From: Chrysomallon squamiferum | Lineage: Eukaryota > Animalia > Mollusca | DNA: 64,000 nucleotides | Assembly (NCBI GenBank): GCA_012295275.1 | Contig: CM022672.1 | Coordinates: 23,250,001-23,314,000 of the forward strand | Reading direction: 5' to 3' | In this document: positions 44,432-60,561 of the stretch, one piece after another | Layout: the number at the start of each line of letters is the position of its first letter | How positions within the stretch are numbered: position 1 is the stretch's first letter | Notes under the pieces: model-generated | Seen by the model: only the letters and a program-made list of their open reading frames with translations | What the model was told of the DNA's origin: nothing | The model's database searches: none | Made by a program: the position numbers and the translations under genes

Positions 44432-44872
44432 ATGATGAAAGTTATTATCCTCGCCTTAGCCTGCCTGTCCATTACCTCTGCTTTCAGCTTTGGCTACGGC
44501 CTAGGCGGCTATGGATATGGCATGGGATACGGCCTGGGCGGCTATGGCATGGGATATGGCCTGGGCGGCTATGGCTTGGGATATGGCCTGGGCGGCTATG
44601 GATATGGCATGGGATACGGCCTGGGCGGCTATGGATATGGCATGGGATACGGCATGGGCGGCTATGGCTTGGGATACGGCCTGGGCGGCTATGGCTTGGG
44701 ATACGGCCTGGGCGGATATGGCTATGGCTTGGGTTATGGCATGGGCGGATATGGCTATGGCATGGGTTATGGCATGGGCGGATACGGCTACGGCATGGGA
44801 TATGGTATGGGCGGATACGGCATGGGATATTGCCTTGGTCTTGGAGGTCTTGGTCTTGGGGGTTTGTTTTGA
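44432..44872 (+). CDS. Gene 7: secreted protein almost entirely of YG(M/L)G / GGYG repeats, 146 aa
   Basis: Signal MMKVIILALACLSITSA. Predicted introns 43928-44423 and 44907-45247; AATAAA at 45324. Confidence 0.93.
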   Translation: MMKVIILALACLSITSAFSFGYGLGGYGYGMGYGLGGYGMGYGLGGYGLGYGLGGYGYGMGYGLGGYGYGMGYGMGGYGLGYGLGGYGLGYGLGGYGYGLGYGMGGYGYGMGYGMGGYGYGMGYGMGGYGMGYCLGLGGLGLGGLF

Positions 44873-45889
44873 ACCCTGAACGTATTAAAGAATTAATATA
44901 AATCAGGTAATTTATTTGTTTTCAGTTAAACTCTGTACCTGAAACCTGTGAGACAGTCAGTCTCTCTGCCTCTCTATTCTTTTCTTTCATTTTATTGTAG
45001 ATATGAAATATATCCTTTCTGTAAGTCTATGGTGTTGTAAGATACAAGTGAAATACTTATTTCCGTCAAATTATAACGTACAAACCCATGGTCATTAGAG
45101 ACTTTTATTCTATTTCATTTCCCCTATGTTTTCATTTGTGCCTTTTAGCAAATTTTAATTTTCAAGAAATAATAATAATAATAACAACAAAAAATAAAAA
45201 AAAAATAAAAAAATAAATTAAGTCCTTTCTTTTATTGCCTTTTTCAGGTTTTGACAATCATTCGGAAAGAAGAATTCCAAAAAAGAATTTGGAAGCCAGG
45301 AAAAGAAAACTGTTACAAAAATTAATAAAATTTCAAGTTACAAAATTATTAGTTTGTTATATATTTTTACATGTGTATATGTGTGTATGTATGTGTGTGT
45401 GGGTGTATGTACGTATGTATGTATGTATGTATGTACGTATCTATGTGTGTGTGTGTATATGTATGTTTTCATGGATACATGTATATATGTTTATATCTTT
45501 GTATGTAAGTATCTATATCTACCTTTATAGGAAAGAAATCTTGTAATTTTTAATATTGCTTAATATTCATATCAGTTTTTTTGATTTTATAAAAAATAAA
45601 AGCAAAAAGCTTATCCGAAAACAACATTCAGATATATGCATATATATATATAGAAACAGAAAATCTTAATACACAGACATTTTCAGAATAAGTATGATTA
45701 TATAACAGCGACAGGCACGCCCACACATAGAAATACACACACACACGCCTAGATACACACGCAATTCTCTTTCTCTCGCTATCAAAATGCATATGCCGCG
45801 AGTTAAGATTAAGTTTTTAAAATCTTCATTATAGATTACATTTAATTGCTACTGCCAAACGTGTTAATTATAACATATAATTTTCAGAG

Positions 45890-46018
<129 letters not shown>

Positions 46019-46827
46019 GGATGTCATAAATGTTTTCAGACGAAAGGTCTGTTATTGATAATGGAGGTGTGACGACATTTAGTTCACATGATACACCGAT
46101 AGTTACTGATTTCACTGACACATCACACAAGCATTTTATTTTCCGGAATACATCCCTCCGTTTTTATGCCCAGTCTGAACATGTTTTCCTCTCCCTAAGC
46201 TATTTGCTACGACAGAGAGTGTAACTTATATAAACATACTTCACTACAGCTTTCTCTGACTAGCACGTTAATTTTTCACTCACTCCTATCTGAACATCAT
46301 GTTACTTTAGAGATAACCATATTTCGAAATCGTGTAACTAAACTAGAATCAAAACAGATATCAAGATTTTTTTTGTGACTTCTATAATAATATGAACGAA
46401 AACAAAAACGGCAGGAGCTGGTCACTTTTTCTGCATGCAAAAAATAATTTGTTTTCTGCGTTTACCTCCCTTGAATTGGTAAATTGCTGAAATTTTTCAT
46501 GTAGTCGATTCTGATTTCTACAACAAGAATGAAACTAATAGAATGTAATACAACAGCAACACTCGAATTTGTAAATTATTTCACTAAAAACTGTTTGCAA
46601 AACCTGTGTTGTTTACTTTTTTTGAGTTAAATTGTGTGTATTTTTGTAATTATATATAAATGTATACATGATAATATGTAGGTAATTAATCAATTAATCG
46701 CGAAACCCCCCAACATTTTACGTTTTTTCCTTTCTGTTGGTGTAATCCATTGCATTTAATGTCTGTTTTAAATTATTATCTGCAGAATTTTAAAAATAAA
46801 CAACACTTTATACAATAAGAAGATTGG

Positions 46828-46878
<51 letters not shown>

Positions 46879-47501
46879 ACAAGCGTCTGAAATATCAGTA
46901 AACATTTGATTTTGAGTGCGGATAAATCTGCTATAAACTTCTGTTATGTAATTAGGCTTTAGAAGATGAATTACTATTTCACAATCACTGCAGAAGATTA
47001 TTTGTTATTTTTTTCATATTATTACATTTAAATATTGAAAACATTTACTCTCGTTAGAATTGCTAATCTGATAAGAAAAAATAAAAATAAAATATAAAGT
47101 AACAACAACAACAACATTATTATTAATAATAAATATAATAAAATAAAGAAAAAACAAAACAGTACTAACTTTATTGGGTAGCAGCTTGTAAAAGATCAGT
47201 ATTGCTTTATCTACTGTGATTATCTGACAAATACAGTTCGCTAATGTATAACATCTGGATGAGAGTCAAACTATGATAAATATCCCTTAATTATATACAT
47301 GTTGTCACTATTTCAAAATGTCACCTGAAGGTAACTTATTATTCCTCATATTTAATTACATTTAAATACAGAACATTTCTTTTGTAAAGGAGTTCCCAAC
47401 CATCCCTGTCCAGTAATTTACCAGTTGTCCGTATGAATATAAAACCCGAGTGTTTCGAAATAATACAAACTTTACATAAGTAAGGTTCGTTTATGATAGT
47501 G

Positions 47502-47575
<74 letters not shown>

Positions 47576-47788
47576 CAGAAATGAGTAACATTACATACGG
47601 AAGTTTTGATTTACAGCAAAATTAATCACGTTTTAGATACACACCCATAAAATCACTGATAACAGGAAACCCAGTTGTAACGTCATGTGAAGAAAAAAAA
47701 ATGACTGTTTAGTTCGAACAAGTATGAATATAAATGAAACGATTAATGAAATAATTAATGTAATGTTCTATTAAAGCAAAAACCATTA

Positions 47789-47842
<54 letters not shown>

Positions 47843-47859
47843 GGGGAGAAAATCCGTAA

Positions 47860-48420
47860 ACAGCACTCTATCAAAAATAAATGGACAAATGACTATATCT
47901 AAATTTTTTATCCCATATCTGTGGGTTCACCCTGTAATAAAACAAGAATTAAAACAACACGGCACAGGATGGTACTTATAAAGTTAATGAAGAACAAGAT
48001 CATTCACTAAATCTTCTTACTAATCTTCTACTGTACTAAGCCAAGGCTCGCTTGGACACAAAAGACATCATTTTTGGTTTACTTGTCCAAAATTAAAAGG
48101 TACAGTTAAAAGATCATTGCACGATTATTCTAAAATACTGACACAAATACCTTTTCTGGAAAAATCGGGTTCCTTGGATTGTTTACCCAAAGGCAACACT
48201 ACTATTAGGACCACTGCATCAATTCTGCTAACCAATTTACCAAAATTGTTGTTATTAATCCAGACACTATTATCAAAATTTCTGGATTATTAATCCACCA
48301 CTGAAATACAATCCATTAGCTTACTTTGACAAAACGTATATTAGTATTCAATCCCCAGAGTTTGCAGAGTTCAAAGGCAAACGGATTTTAATTTGGTAAC
48401 ATTACACTGTAGTTCTGTGA
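47860..48420 (-). mobile_element. Highly degenerate LINE ORF2 relic
   Basis: Fragments ELCKLWGLNTN (~48350-48372) and LLQG..QIW(G)..NLDIV (~47895-47940), in the order expected for 'YC.KWGL.VN' then 'LLYGCEIWG..NL.II'. Confidence 0.5.
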
Positions 48421-48932
48421 TTATAATATTTTTTCATTTATCACTGAAGTAAAAATTAAGAGAAATGCGACACATTAGTAAAACCAATATGACTAATGAG
48501 GGATGGATCAGCGATTCCAGAAAAGGTGCAGAAGGTGACAAATGAATTGTGCTTAAAAATAGAGAAAATATTTTATAAAATAAATAAATAAATAAATAAA
48601 TAAATAAATACTATGAACAGTACAACAACAATAACCAAAACAATAAATGAATAAATGAATGCATGAATGAATGAATGAATGAATGCATGAATGAATGAAT
48701 GAATGAATGAATGAAAATTGATGATCTAACTGAAGGATTTTCTTTGATTTCGCTGATGTATAATTTATCTAGAATGACGCATTCTTCAAAAATAGTAATT
48801 AATAGACTTTTTGACAGAATGGCCTTAGGAACGAAAAAAAAAAAAAATTATGGAAAAAATGTATTTTGTATAAAATCTAATATTAAAAAAATGACATTTT
48901 AAGCAAAAAAGTTGCAAATATATTACATTTTA

Positions 48933-48987
48933 AATTAGAAACAGGAACGATGAATCGATCAAAATCATCAAATTTTCTTTATAAAAG
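48933..48987 (+). promoter_or_regulatory. Gene 8 core promoter
   Basis: AATTAGAAACAGGAACGATGAATCGATCAAA, TATAAAAG at 48980, donor CAG|GTACGT at 49066. Confidence 0.78.
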
Positions 48988-49139
48988 CCAAATGGTTTGC
49001 AGTTCTTTCACCACAGCCTCTGAAGCCCTCCGTAGTTACTGATACAGCTTAGAGCAGCATCCCAGGTACGTTTACTATTATTATTATTATTACCATTGTT
49101 ATTCAGGTTCATGCAATTATGTGTATGTGTTTTTGAATT

Positions 49140-49187
<48 letters not shown>

Positions 49188-49509
49188 AATTCAAAAAATC
49201 ATACACATATCATTATTATTATTATTATTGTTGTTACTACTGCTACTACTATTGCTTCTATTACTGCTACTACGACTTCTACAACTATCTGTTATTATTA
49301 TCTTGTATTACTCTTATGTGATATAAACATTTCAGAATTTAGTTTTACTAAGAAGGTTGAAAGATGGATAATTTAGTCCAATATTTAAATTCGTTTCTAG
49401 TGAAGAATATTTTATTTCAACATTTAAGTAAATAATTAATTTACATTATAAAACAATTATTTATTATAATTATTTGGAATACTGTTTGTTTTTAATTCCA
49501 GTCTTCAAA

Positions 49510-50184
49510 ATGATGAAAACTATTATCCTACTCCTGGCATGTCTGTCCATGACACTTGCCTTTAAAAGTTATGGCCATGGAAATCTCGGCGCTGGTGTAG
49601 TAGGAGTTGGTTTGGGCAGTGGTGTTGGCGTCGGTTTGGGCAGTGGTGTTGGCGTCGGTTTGGGCAGTGGTGTTGCCGTCGGTGTAGGAAGTGGTGTTGG
49701 CGGCGGTGTTGGCGTCGGTGTGGGAAGTGGTGTTGGCTTGGGAAGCGGCGTTGGCGTTGGTTTTGGCGCTGGAGGTTTGGGCATGGGCACTGGCATAGCA
49801 GCCGTGCCGGTCACAAGTTACAGCCTGGTCCCTGTCTACGGAAGTTACGGCATGGGACCTGGCTACGGCGCAGGATTCGGCACTGGTATGGGCTATGGCA
49901 TGGGCTATGGAGGATACGGCGCTGGATTAGGCATGGGCTATGGAGGATACGGAGTCGGAATTGGAATGGGCATGGGCTTGGGCTTGGGAGGATACGGCTT
50001 GGGTATGGGCTACGGAGGAGGATACGGAGGATTCGGAGGATACGGAGGATACGGAGGATACGGAGGATACGGCATGGGATATGGAATGCCCATTGGAGGC
50101 GTAGCCATTGGAGGCGTTGGCCATGGAGTTGCCGTTGGCCACGGTGTTGGTGTGGCTGTTGGAGGCAGCAGATACGGAAAATAG
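49510..50184 (+). CDS. Gene 8: secreted triblock (GV-rich / GYM-rich / GV-rich) protein, 224 aa, SRYGK tail
   Basis: Start MM at 49510 (acceptor at 49501); GVGLGSGV repeats, [12 protein letters not shown], (GGY)n. 3'UTR donor at 50195; acceptor probably at ~50812. Confidence 0.92.
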   Translation: MMKTIILLLACLSMTLAFKSYGHGNLGAGVVGVGLGSGVGVGLGSGVGVGLGSGVAVGVGSGVGGGVGVGVGSGVGLGSGVGVGFGAGGLGMGTGIAAVPVTSYSLVPVYGSYGMGPGYGAGFGTGMGYGMGYGGYGAGLGMGYGGYGVGIGMGMGLGLGGYGLGMGYGGGYGGFGGYGGYGGYGGYGMGYGMPIGGVAIGGVGHGVAVGHGVGVAVGGSRYGK

Positions 50185-51993
50185 ATGTTTGCTAGTAAGT
50201 ACATATTTATGTTGAAATTATTAGCGTTTGTGTCCTTTCTTCACTGACTTTTCATTTGCCTTTTTTTCTTTCTTCTACCGTTTTTGATTTCATCTGTAAT
50301 CTTTTTTCTTTCCACTTTTCTCTTGTTTTCATATTTCCTTTCAATAAATGAACGAATGAATCTATCTATCTATCGATCTATCTTTCTATCTATCTATCGA
50401 TCTATCTTTCTATCTATCTATCTGTCTGTCTATCTGTCTGCCTGCCTGTCCGTCCATCTATCTGTCTGTCTGCCTGTCCGTCCATCTATCTGTCTGTCCG
50501 TCTGTCTGTCTGTTTTTCTGTCTGTCTGACTATTATATATACATTTATCTACCTATATATCTGGCTCTCTCTGTGTATATTTGTCAGTCTGTAGGAATTG
50601 GTTTGGGCAATCTAATCTACTGATATTTATCTTGTTATTTTCTTTTTGTCCGTATATTTTCTTACGAGAAAAAATGCTGAAGAATTTTAAAATTACTTTT
50701 AATTTATAAAACATCCAGATGTGTTTTCTGTAAAAACGTATTAATGTTTAAATTCTCTGAATTTTTTCTTTTAACATAAATTGACACACACTTTTTCTTT
50801 GTTTATTCAAAGGTACCGGGCTTCGTATATGAAGATCGCATCCCTCATTTGATTATGAAGAAGATAACTGTATAATTCTTAATGTCATTCTAAGGAAGAC
50901 TTTGTAACCAGTAATTTAATTGTAACCAACAGTGTTTGGACATATTGTATTTTGAAGTTATTAAAGTATTGAAAGCATTAATGACAGTATTCAGAATATT
51001 TTATTGTAGAGGTAAACGTGATTGATATTCAATAGCTCATTCTGATCGCTTGAATTTCTGTCACTGTATAATCCAAACCATTTATTATTATTTCGGGTTA
51101 GACCACTTTGCTTCTCAGTCCTTTAAGAAAACATTAGTCTTAATTTTCATTGTAAATAGGGAATTTTACATATATTTGACGTCTAATTTTTGGACATAAT
51201 CAATAACATATAAGATATATAATTTTAGTGTAAAGAAATATATCTAGTCGTATGAAAATTCTAAATCAACAATGCAAATACAAACAAAAAAAAGATACAA
51301 ACTAAGCAGCTGTATAGATGACTTATTAACAAACCATACTAACAAACTTGGAATTAGCACTCTCAAGAAAAAAAAAAAATTAATAATAAATAAATAAATA
51401 AAATAAAAAATAAAATAAATAAATAAACAAATAAATAAATAAATAAGTAAATAAAATTAAAACACAACATCAACAAAGAAGAAGAAAGCTAAACGGCAAC
51501 ACTTATAACTATATTCAAAAAAAATCCTGTAAAGAATAAAATCAAAAACAGCAACAATGACAAAGTTTAAAAGTTGAAGAATTCGTAATTTATCGTAGAT
51601 ATCGCAAATTAAAATCATATGAGCCTTTTATCTGAACTTAGAACGACTGAAACAACAACTATTAAAAAAAAAAAGAAGATAAATACAAAACAAATCCCAA
51701 AGTGAGAATAAAAGAATAATAATAATACCAAAGGCAACATCAACAACGGACAGAACTGGTACGACGAAAAACTATACACCATACTGGTAATTTACACAAA
51801 GCTGTTGCTCACAGTTTCTATTATATATTTCATACTTTCTTTAATTCGTTTTACGCAAGTCTGATTAATGTCTGTTTATTATGAAATGCAATATTCAGTC
51901 CACTGTCCTAGTTTTAAATGGTAATTTTGACAAATGTTCAGCCAAAGGGTTTTATCTGACACCAGCAGTCAGTGACTAGCACGAAAAAAATTG

Positions 51994-52033
<40 letters not shown>

Positions 52034-52065
52034 CACACACACACACACACACATGTATATAAAGA

Positions 52066-52118
<53 letters not shown>

Positions 52119-52925
52119 AAGTGAACAACAACAACTATAATAATAATGATATGATTTAAAAGTAAAAATGAAAAAAAGATAAATAAATAATAATGTGAGT
52201 AGTATTTAGGAATTAATATTCTTTTTGTGTCTTTTAATGCTTCTGACAGCGCACATGGACAAAACTCGAGACTCGAGAAAATGGCACCACCCATTGGCTA
52301 GAACTTCTGTGACGGACGACTATTCCACTGGACAATTTTAATTTTTTTCTGGTTTTATTTTTGTGTGTCTGTTGGCATAATGATAAACAAAAGTGAAATT
52401 AAATTCACAACATGTTATTATTATTATTATTTAAGAAAAGTGCATGCATAACTTAATGAACCAAACTCTTTACAATATTTAGCGCATTTCAGCTATTAAA
52501 TATGGAATTGCAAAAATTTAATAGATATCGTACGTGACCTCGTAACACACTAATAAAACAGTCATTAATTAACGCATCTGAATAATGAATGTCCTTAGGT
52601 ATCAGAAAAGGCCACCAAGTAAAAATATATTAAAAAAACCCAAACAACATACATGCTAGCAAACATTTGTCTGTTAATATAATCATAAACATATATATAA
52701 TAAAATTTTAATTATTCTTATATTTACAAGAGTACTTTAGTAGAAAATCTGGGGATAGTAAGTGAATAATGATTCAGCAAAATGAAATACGCATTATGTG
52801 CTAATCTCGTAACATAGTAATAAGACTGTAATTAATTAACTTTACTGCCTTAAGTGTTAACAAATATATCAAAGAATTGGATAAATCGGTTGTTTTGGGG
52901 GAAACTATAAAATAATCGTATTCAA

Positions 52926-52979
52926 AATTAGAAACAGGAAACCAATCCATCAAAGTCAACAAATTTATTGATAAAAAAG
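52926..52979 (+). promoter_or_regulatory. Gene 9 core promoter (variant TATA)
   Basis: AATTAGAAACAGGAAACCAATCCATCAAAG then GATAAAAAAG; donor TCG|GTGAGT at 53045. Confidence 0.7.
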
Positions 52980-53919
52980 GTGAAATATTTTCCTCATTCA
53001 CCACATCTTCTGAGCCTGCCGTAGCTTCAGTTAAAACAACTTCGGTGAGTTAATTACTTAAATATTAGCAGTTTTTTTAGCTGGTTTTTTTTTTTTTTTT
53101 TTTTTTCTCATTTTCTTACTTTTTTTTTTTTTAATGCGTTTCTCGAATATACCTTTGGCAATCTAACAATATATTAAAACAAAACAACAACGAAATATAG
53201 CATCAGATAATCAAAAAAGCGAAAAGTTGTTCCTCTTGTTTTTAATTTTTGCATTTAATTTTTTTTAATTTTTTTTTTTAAATCATACTGAAATATAGAA
53301 ATAAAATAATAATGATCTAAAAAAGGAATGGAAATAGAAGTCGTTTTAATAATAATAATAATAATAATAATAATGATGATGATGATGATAATGATTATGA
53401 TGATCATCATGATCATAATATTAGTAACAAAAAATATATTAACATAATTAGTTATGATTAACAGTAGCAGTAATAGTAATAATTACACAAGTGGTAGAAA
53501 AAAAGAAAGCAACTACAACAACAAAACAACACAGTAATTTAGAGTAGGAGCGAAGTAACAGTAATGTTTATTATTATTATTATTGTTGTTGTTGCTGCTG
53601 CTGTTGTTGTTGTTTGCTGCTGCCACTGTTAGCAGCACGTTTTTAGAAAGACATGTATATCTACATGCGTACACTCATGCATACACGCATGCATACAAAC
53701 ATACATACCAACCTACATACAGAAAAAAAACACAAAACAAGTATTTATTTAATCTAACTTAGATGTCTATCTTATACAATTCATTTTTGCATTTAACACT
53801 ATAAAATAAATAATATATTTACACAGACAGATAAAGCGCTAGATAGATAGATAAGATAGAGAGAGAGACAGATGGATAGATATAGATATAGATATGTAAA
53901 ATTTATTCCAGCCTTCAAG

Positions 53920-54285
53920 ATGATGAAAATTATTATCGTCGCCTTAGCCTGCCTTTCCGTTACCTCAGCCTTTGGTTTTGGCTATGGCTATGGCATGGGC
54001 GGATACGGCTATGGTATGGGCTTAGGCTTGGGCGGCTATGGCATGGGCATGGGCGGATACGGCTATGGCATGGGCATGGGCGGATACGGCTATGGTCTAG
54101 GTGGATATGGTCTTGGACTTGGAGGTCTCGGCCTTGGAGGTCTTGGAGGTCTTGGTGGTCTTGGAGGTCTCGGTCTTGGAGGTCTTGGTGGTCTTGGAGG
54201 TCTTGGAGGTCTTGGAGGTCTTGGTGGTCTTGGAGGTCTCGGACTTGGAGGTCTCGGACTTGGAGGTCTTGGTTTACTCGGATAA
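53920..54285 (+). CDS. Gene 9: secreted diblock (GYGM / GGL) protein, 121 aa
   Basis: Start MM at 53920 (acceptor at 53911). Predicted introns 53045-53911 and 54314-54874; AATAAA at 54944/54948. Confidence 0.92.
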   Translation: MMKIIIVALACLSVTSAFGFGYGYGMGGYGYGMGLGLGGYGMGMGGYGYGMGMGGYGYGLGGYGLGLGGLGLGGLGGLGGLGGLGLGGLGGLGGLGGLGGLGGLGGLGLGGLGLGGLGLLG

Positions 54286-55198
54286 TCTTTTTTAAAAAAT
54301 GAATCAAAATCAGGTGAGTTAAAGGAAATATTTTTGATTTAAAGCTATCAGTCTATATAATGACTGTCCGTGAAACAGTCAGTCAGTCAGTCAGTCAGTC
54401 AGTCTCTCTGTCTTTCTATTTAGTTTTTCTTTAATTTTATTGTAGATATCAATATCCATTCCATAAGTGTATGGTGCTATATAACAGAATTACAACTTAA
54501 GTTTAATTATTTAAGTCAGACAGAACTGACCGTATTAAGAAATTAATGTTCTCTGATTATCTAGCTTTCTATTACCTGTCTGTCAATGAATCAGTCAGGG
54601 AATCAGACTTAGTGTCTGTCTCTTTATTTTTGCTTTCGTTTCATTGTAGATGTATATATATATATATACATTCTACAGATCTGTAGTGATGTAAGTTGAA
54701 TACAACTTAAGTCTTCTTGATTTACAAGTCAAAAATTTATTTATATCAAGTATAAATATACTCTTTATTTAAACGTTTTTCTATTTGATACTTTCCGGGT
54801 TTTTTTGGTTTTTTATTGTTTCCTACTTGTCTTATTCATTTTAAATTATTTGCTTCTTTTATTATCTTCCCCAGGTGTAGACAATCATTCCGGAAGAATT
54901 CCTAAAAAGAATTTAGAAATCAGGAAAAGAAAATCTTTATCAAAATAAATAAAATTTGCAAGAAAATGTCATTTGTATGTTTTAAATATATATTTGCGAA
55001 TTTGTAATCATGCATAGTGTTATTTATTTTTATATGAGTTATATTTGAAACTTAGCGGTTATAAAATAACAAAAACAACAACAGAAAAAATCCAAAGAAA
55101 CAGTTCTCAGATATATCCACACATATACAAACCGAAAACAGGACATTAACATACAAATAAGTTTAAAATAATATAATTATTTTATACCACCCACACTG

Positions 55199-56951
<1,753 letters not shown>

Positions 56952-57237
56952 CTCTCTCTCTCTAAACATATCATCATGCCGTAAGGTTAAGATCCATTAT
57001 GATAAATGTAACACAGATTTAATAACTAGTGACAAATGTGTGTTAATCATAGCGCATGGTTCTGTGATTTGCCACGTTTAAGCCATGCGCCTGCACCGAG
57101 TCACGTCAGTCATAAATACACTTCTTTTAAATTCACACTCTTAAACTGCTGTCAAACAGGGTTTTAGAACAAATTAAGAGTATTATAAATAATAAACTTC
57201 CTAACGATCTTGCCAAATATTTTTTGTTATGCTGCTA

Positions 57238-57279
<42 letters not shown>

Positions 57280-58385
57280 TAAAAATGCATGACGCTTAAT
57301 AAAATCCGATATTTTGATAAATTCTTCAGAAGTTAGCTGGTCGCCTTTTCGTTAGTGTCAAACATTAATATTTTGTTATTTCCTCAAAGTGAGGACAGTA
57401 TATAATACCATGGATTTTGATAATCTGTGGTAACACTCAAGCTGGGATAAGAAATGTTTTGATCAGCTGATTTGAATAATTCTGTGCCGCAGTCTTGTGC
57501 TTTAACTAATAAGCTGTTTTCTAAATTACATATCCTCGAAGGGAATATATTTTCAGTGACAGAATGGTTAAAATATTAGATCAGATATAATAAATATTGT
57601 TAGGGAGCTTCTAACGGCACCGGCTGATTCGTATATTTAGTTAAAGAAGAACATGATAACTGAAAGAAATCTTCGTACTAATATACTAACATACTAAGCC
57701 AAAGACTGCCTGGTCAAAAAATTAGTTTCGTCCCTATTTGTCGAATCCCTCCGCGGTCGAAATGTCAATTGGTAGAAACATACGTACTTGTATGTTAAGT
57801 AAGCATTGCTTTATTAACTGTGTTTTTAATGAACTGGACACCACTGGTCACATTTTGAATATGCAGTGATTTGAATTAATAAATCTTTTAATATGTTGAA
57901 AAATGTTTTGTTTTTGGCTATTATGCTTTATTTGGTTTAGAAAACCCAGACCATTTTTTATATCCGTGTTTGAGTCATTGCTATCTTGTATTCCATTTAG
58001 CGTTTCTTTTCTAAATTATGGTTAACATTTGCTGTTCAATATGTTTTTTTTTAAATAATATGTTCTTCTTGTTATTATTATCTGATTCATTCACAATTAA
58101 TGCTCTTCGTTCTTCATTTTGTCAAGTATCCTTTTTCATGTGAATGCTGCTAACTCAGTAATGCAAAAACAATTTTCATATGGGCAATAAAGCATTATAT
58201 TATATTATATTTATATTACATTACATTACATTACATTACATTACATTGTATTATATCATGTTATGTTATGTTATATTAAACTTTCTTATTTAATTGCTTA
58301 AAGACTATAATAATCGGTTTCCAACTAATCTGGGATAATTCATTATAATACATATCAGTAAGACTACTGTCGTTGTTTTTTAGAG

Positions 58386-58866
58386 CAGGGGTAGGCAAAC
58401 ATTTTAAAACAGGGGCCGGATGGATCTTATAGGAAGAGCACGAGGGCCAGGATATGTAATGAGAACAAAAAGATTTCAAAACATGTATTTTATGTAAACA
58501 GTAAATTCATAGTAAAAACCAGTTCTATTCGTGACAGAAAGAAGTTAGCATGGTTCAATTTGCCCGCGTGGGTTGAAATAACGCTTGTTATAGTTTGCAT
58601 ATATTGAATTGTGTGGAACAAGCAGCCATTCAGAATTCGGATGCAGGCACCATTGATTCGACGAGCGCTTACGAGACGCCTTAAATTTTAAACTTGAGTG
58701 CGACTTGAATCAAAAAATAGCTGTGTCAACTGACCTTATTTCACTGATTTTTATTTTGCTGTCTCACGGGCCGGATTGCAATGTTAATTGTGATCAGTTT
58801 CGCGGGCCGGACAACAAACCTTTGCTAGCCATATCTGGTCTGCGGGCCGGGATTTGCCCGTCAATG
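58386..58866. mobile_element. Non-autonomous hAT (Charlie-like) DNA transposon / MITE, 481 bp
   Basis: Left end CAGGGGTAGGCAAA, degenerate right end TTTGCCCGTCAATG, repeated subterminal GGGCCGG motifs, and identical 8-bp flanks TTTTAGAG at 58378-58385 and 58867-58874. Confidence 0.85.
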
Positions 58867-59413
58867 TTTTAGAGGTTCGACGAATCGGGAATTCGACCAA
58901 ATAGGAGCAAACCATAAAAAAAAACATAATTTCTTTTTTTGCTTTTCTAACCACAAAGTGAACAGTAAATGATAGCTTCACAATTATTCCAAAACACTTT
59001 TTTTTGAAAAACCTGCTCTTGAACTTTTGCCTCGACTCTTCTAACCAGCCTTCCAGATTACAAACCCATTATGAAATCTGTCCACCACAAAAATATAATA
59101 TATAATCCATTAGGCTTACTTAGACAATTATTAACTCTCCTGAGTTCAAACGAGTATTAGTTTAAAAAGATTACACAGCATTTTTACGATTATGTTTCAT
59201 TTATCTACTGACGTAAGTATCAATCAAACTAATATAACCAATCAGGGCAAAAGAAAATTTGAAAGAGAGGACAACATCGTTCCGAACATTATAATTTTTT
59301 TTTTTTTTTCAAACGGCTTAATTATAGTACGGAAAACAAATAAGTAAACAAATAAAATAAAATAAAATAAAACAAAATAAAACTATTAGTACAACTACAC
59401 CAAATACTAGTAG

Positions 59414-59449
<36 letters not shown>

Positions 59450-59771
59450 AACTATTACAGCTACTGTTCCTTCTTCATCTCCTCCTCCTGCTGATATTAT
59501 CAATAATAAATAATAATAATAAAAATAAAATAAAATAAATTAAATAAATAAATCTGAAACAAGGATTTCCGTAAGCAAGCCCCTTGGCTTCACGTATGTA
59601 TATTACCTAGAATGACGCATTCCTTGAAAAAAAATTAATTAATGGACTTTCGACAAAATGGCCTTAGGAATGAAAAACGTATGGAAAAAAAATATTTTAA
59701 ATAAAATCAAAGTATTTGAAAAATGACATGTCCATTTTAGGCATAAAAAATGTTAAATTTATTGCATTTTA

Positions 59772-59827
59772 AATTAGAAACAGGAACCATGAATCGATCA
59801 AAATTATCAAACTTTTTTTTATAAAAG
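59772..59827 (+). promoter_or_regulatory. Gene 10 core promoter
   Basis: AATTAGAAACAGGAACCATGAATCGATCAAA, TATAAAAG at 59820, donor CAG|GTACGT at 59906; exon 1 nearly identical to that of gene 8. Confidence 0.78.
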
Positions 59828-59965
59828 CCAAATGGTTTGCAGTTCTTTCACCACATCCTCTAAAGCCCTCCGTAGTTACTGATACAGCTTAGAGCAGCAT
59901 CCCAGGTACGTTTACTATTATTATTATTATTAATATTACTATTATTACTATTTTTATTATTATTA

Positions 59966-60020
<55 letters not shown>

Positions 60021-60258
60021 TACTATTATTATTTATTTTTTATTATTATTATTATCATTATTATTATTATTATTAACATTGTTATTCTGTTTATATATTT
60101 ATTTGTTTCTTTTTTAATTTTGCTACATCAAGATAAATATAAAATTATGTTTAAAAATATTGTTTGACTTCAAGATATGAAATAATTGTAAACTACAAAT
60201 AACATTTATGCACTTTCTTCTATCACTGGTTTAATTGAAAAAATTATTATTATTTTTA

Positions 60259-60300
<42 letters not shown>

Positions 60301-60561
60301 CATCATCATCATCATCATCATCATCATTTTTAGAACTTAGTTTAACTAAAAAAAAAGAACAAAAATATTTTTGTCCAATATTTAAATTTTTTCTATTTAA
60401 AACAATCTTTTCTTTTTTTCAAAGTTTAAATAAGCGAAATAAATAATTAACGTCTTTAAAAGACTTAATTTGCACTTAATATTTTAAATGCTATATTTCT
60501 GAAACGATTGCGATTTATAATTATTTGGAAAACTGTTTGTTTTTAAATTTCAGCCTTCAAA

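Noticed and set aside
44511-44879. Alternative-frame repetitive ORFs (MDMAWDTAW..., RTWLG..., EDLAW..., 60774-61241, 54101-54295)
   Set aside because: Off-frame readings of the Gly-rich repeats that happen to lack stops.
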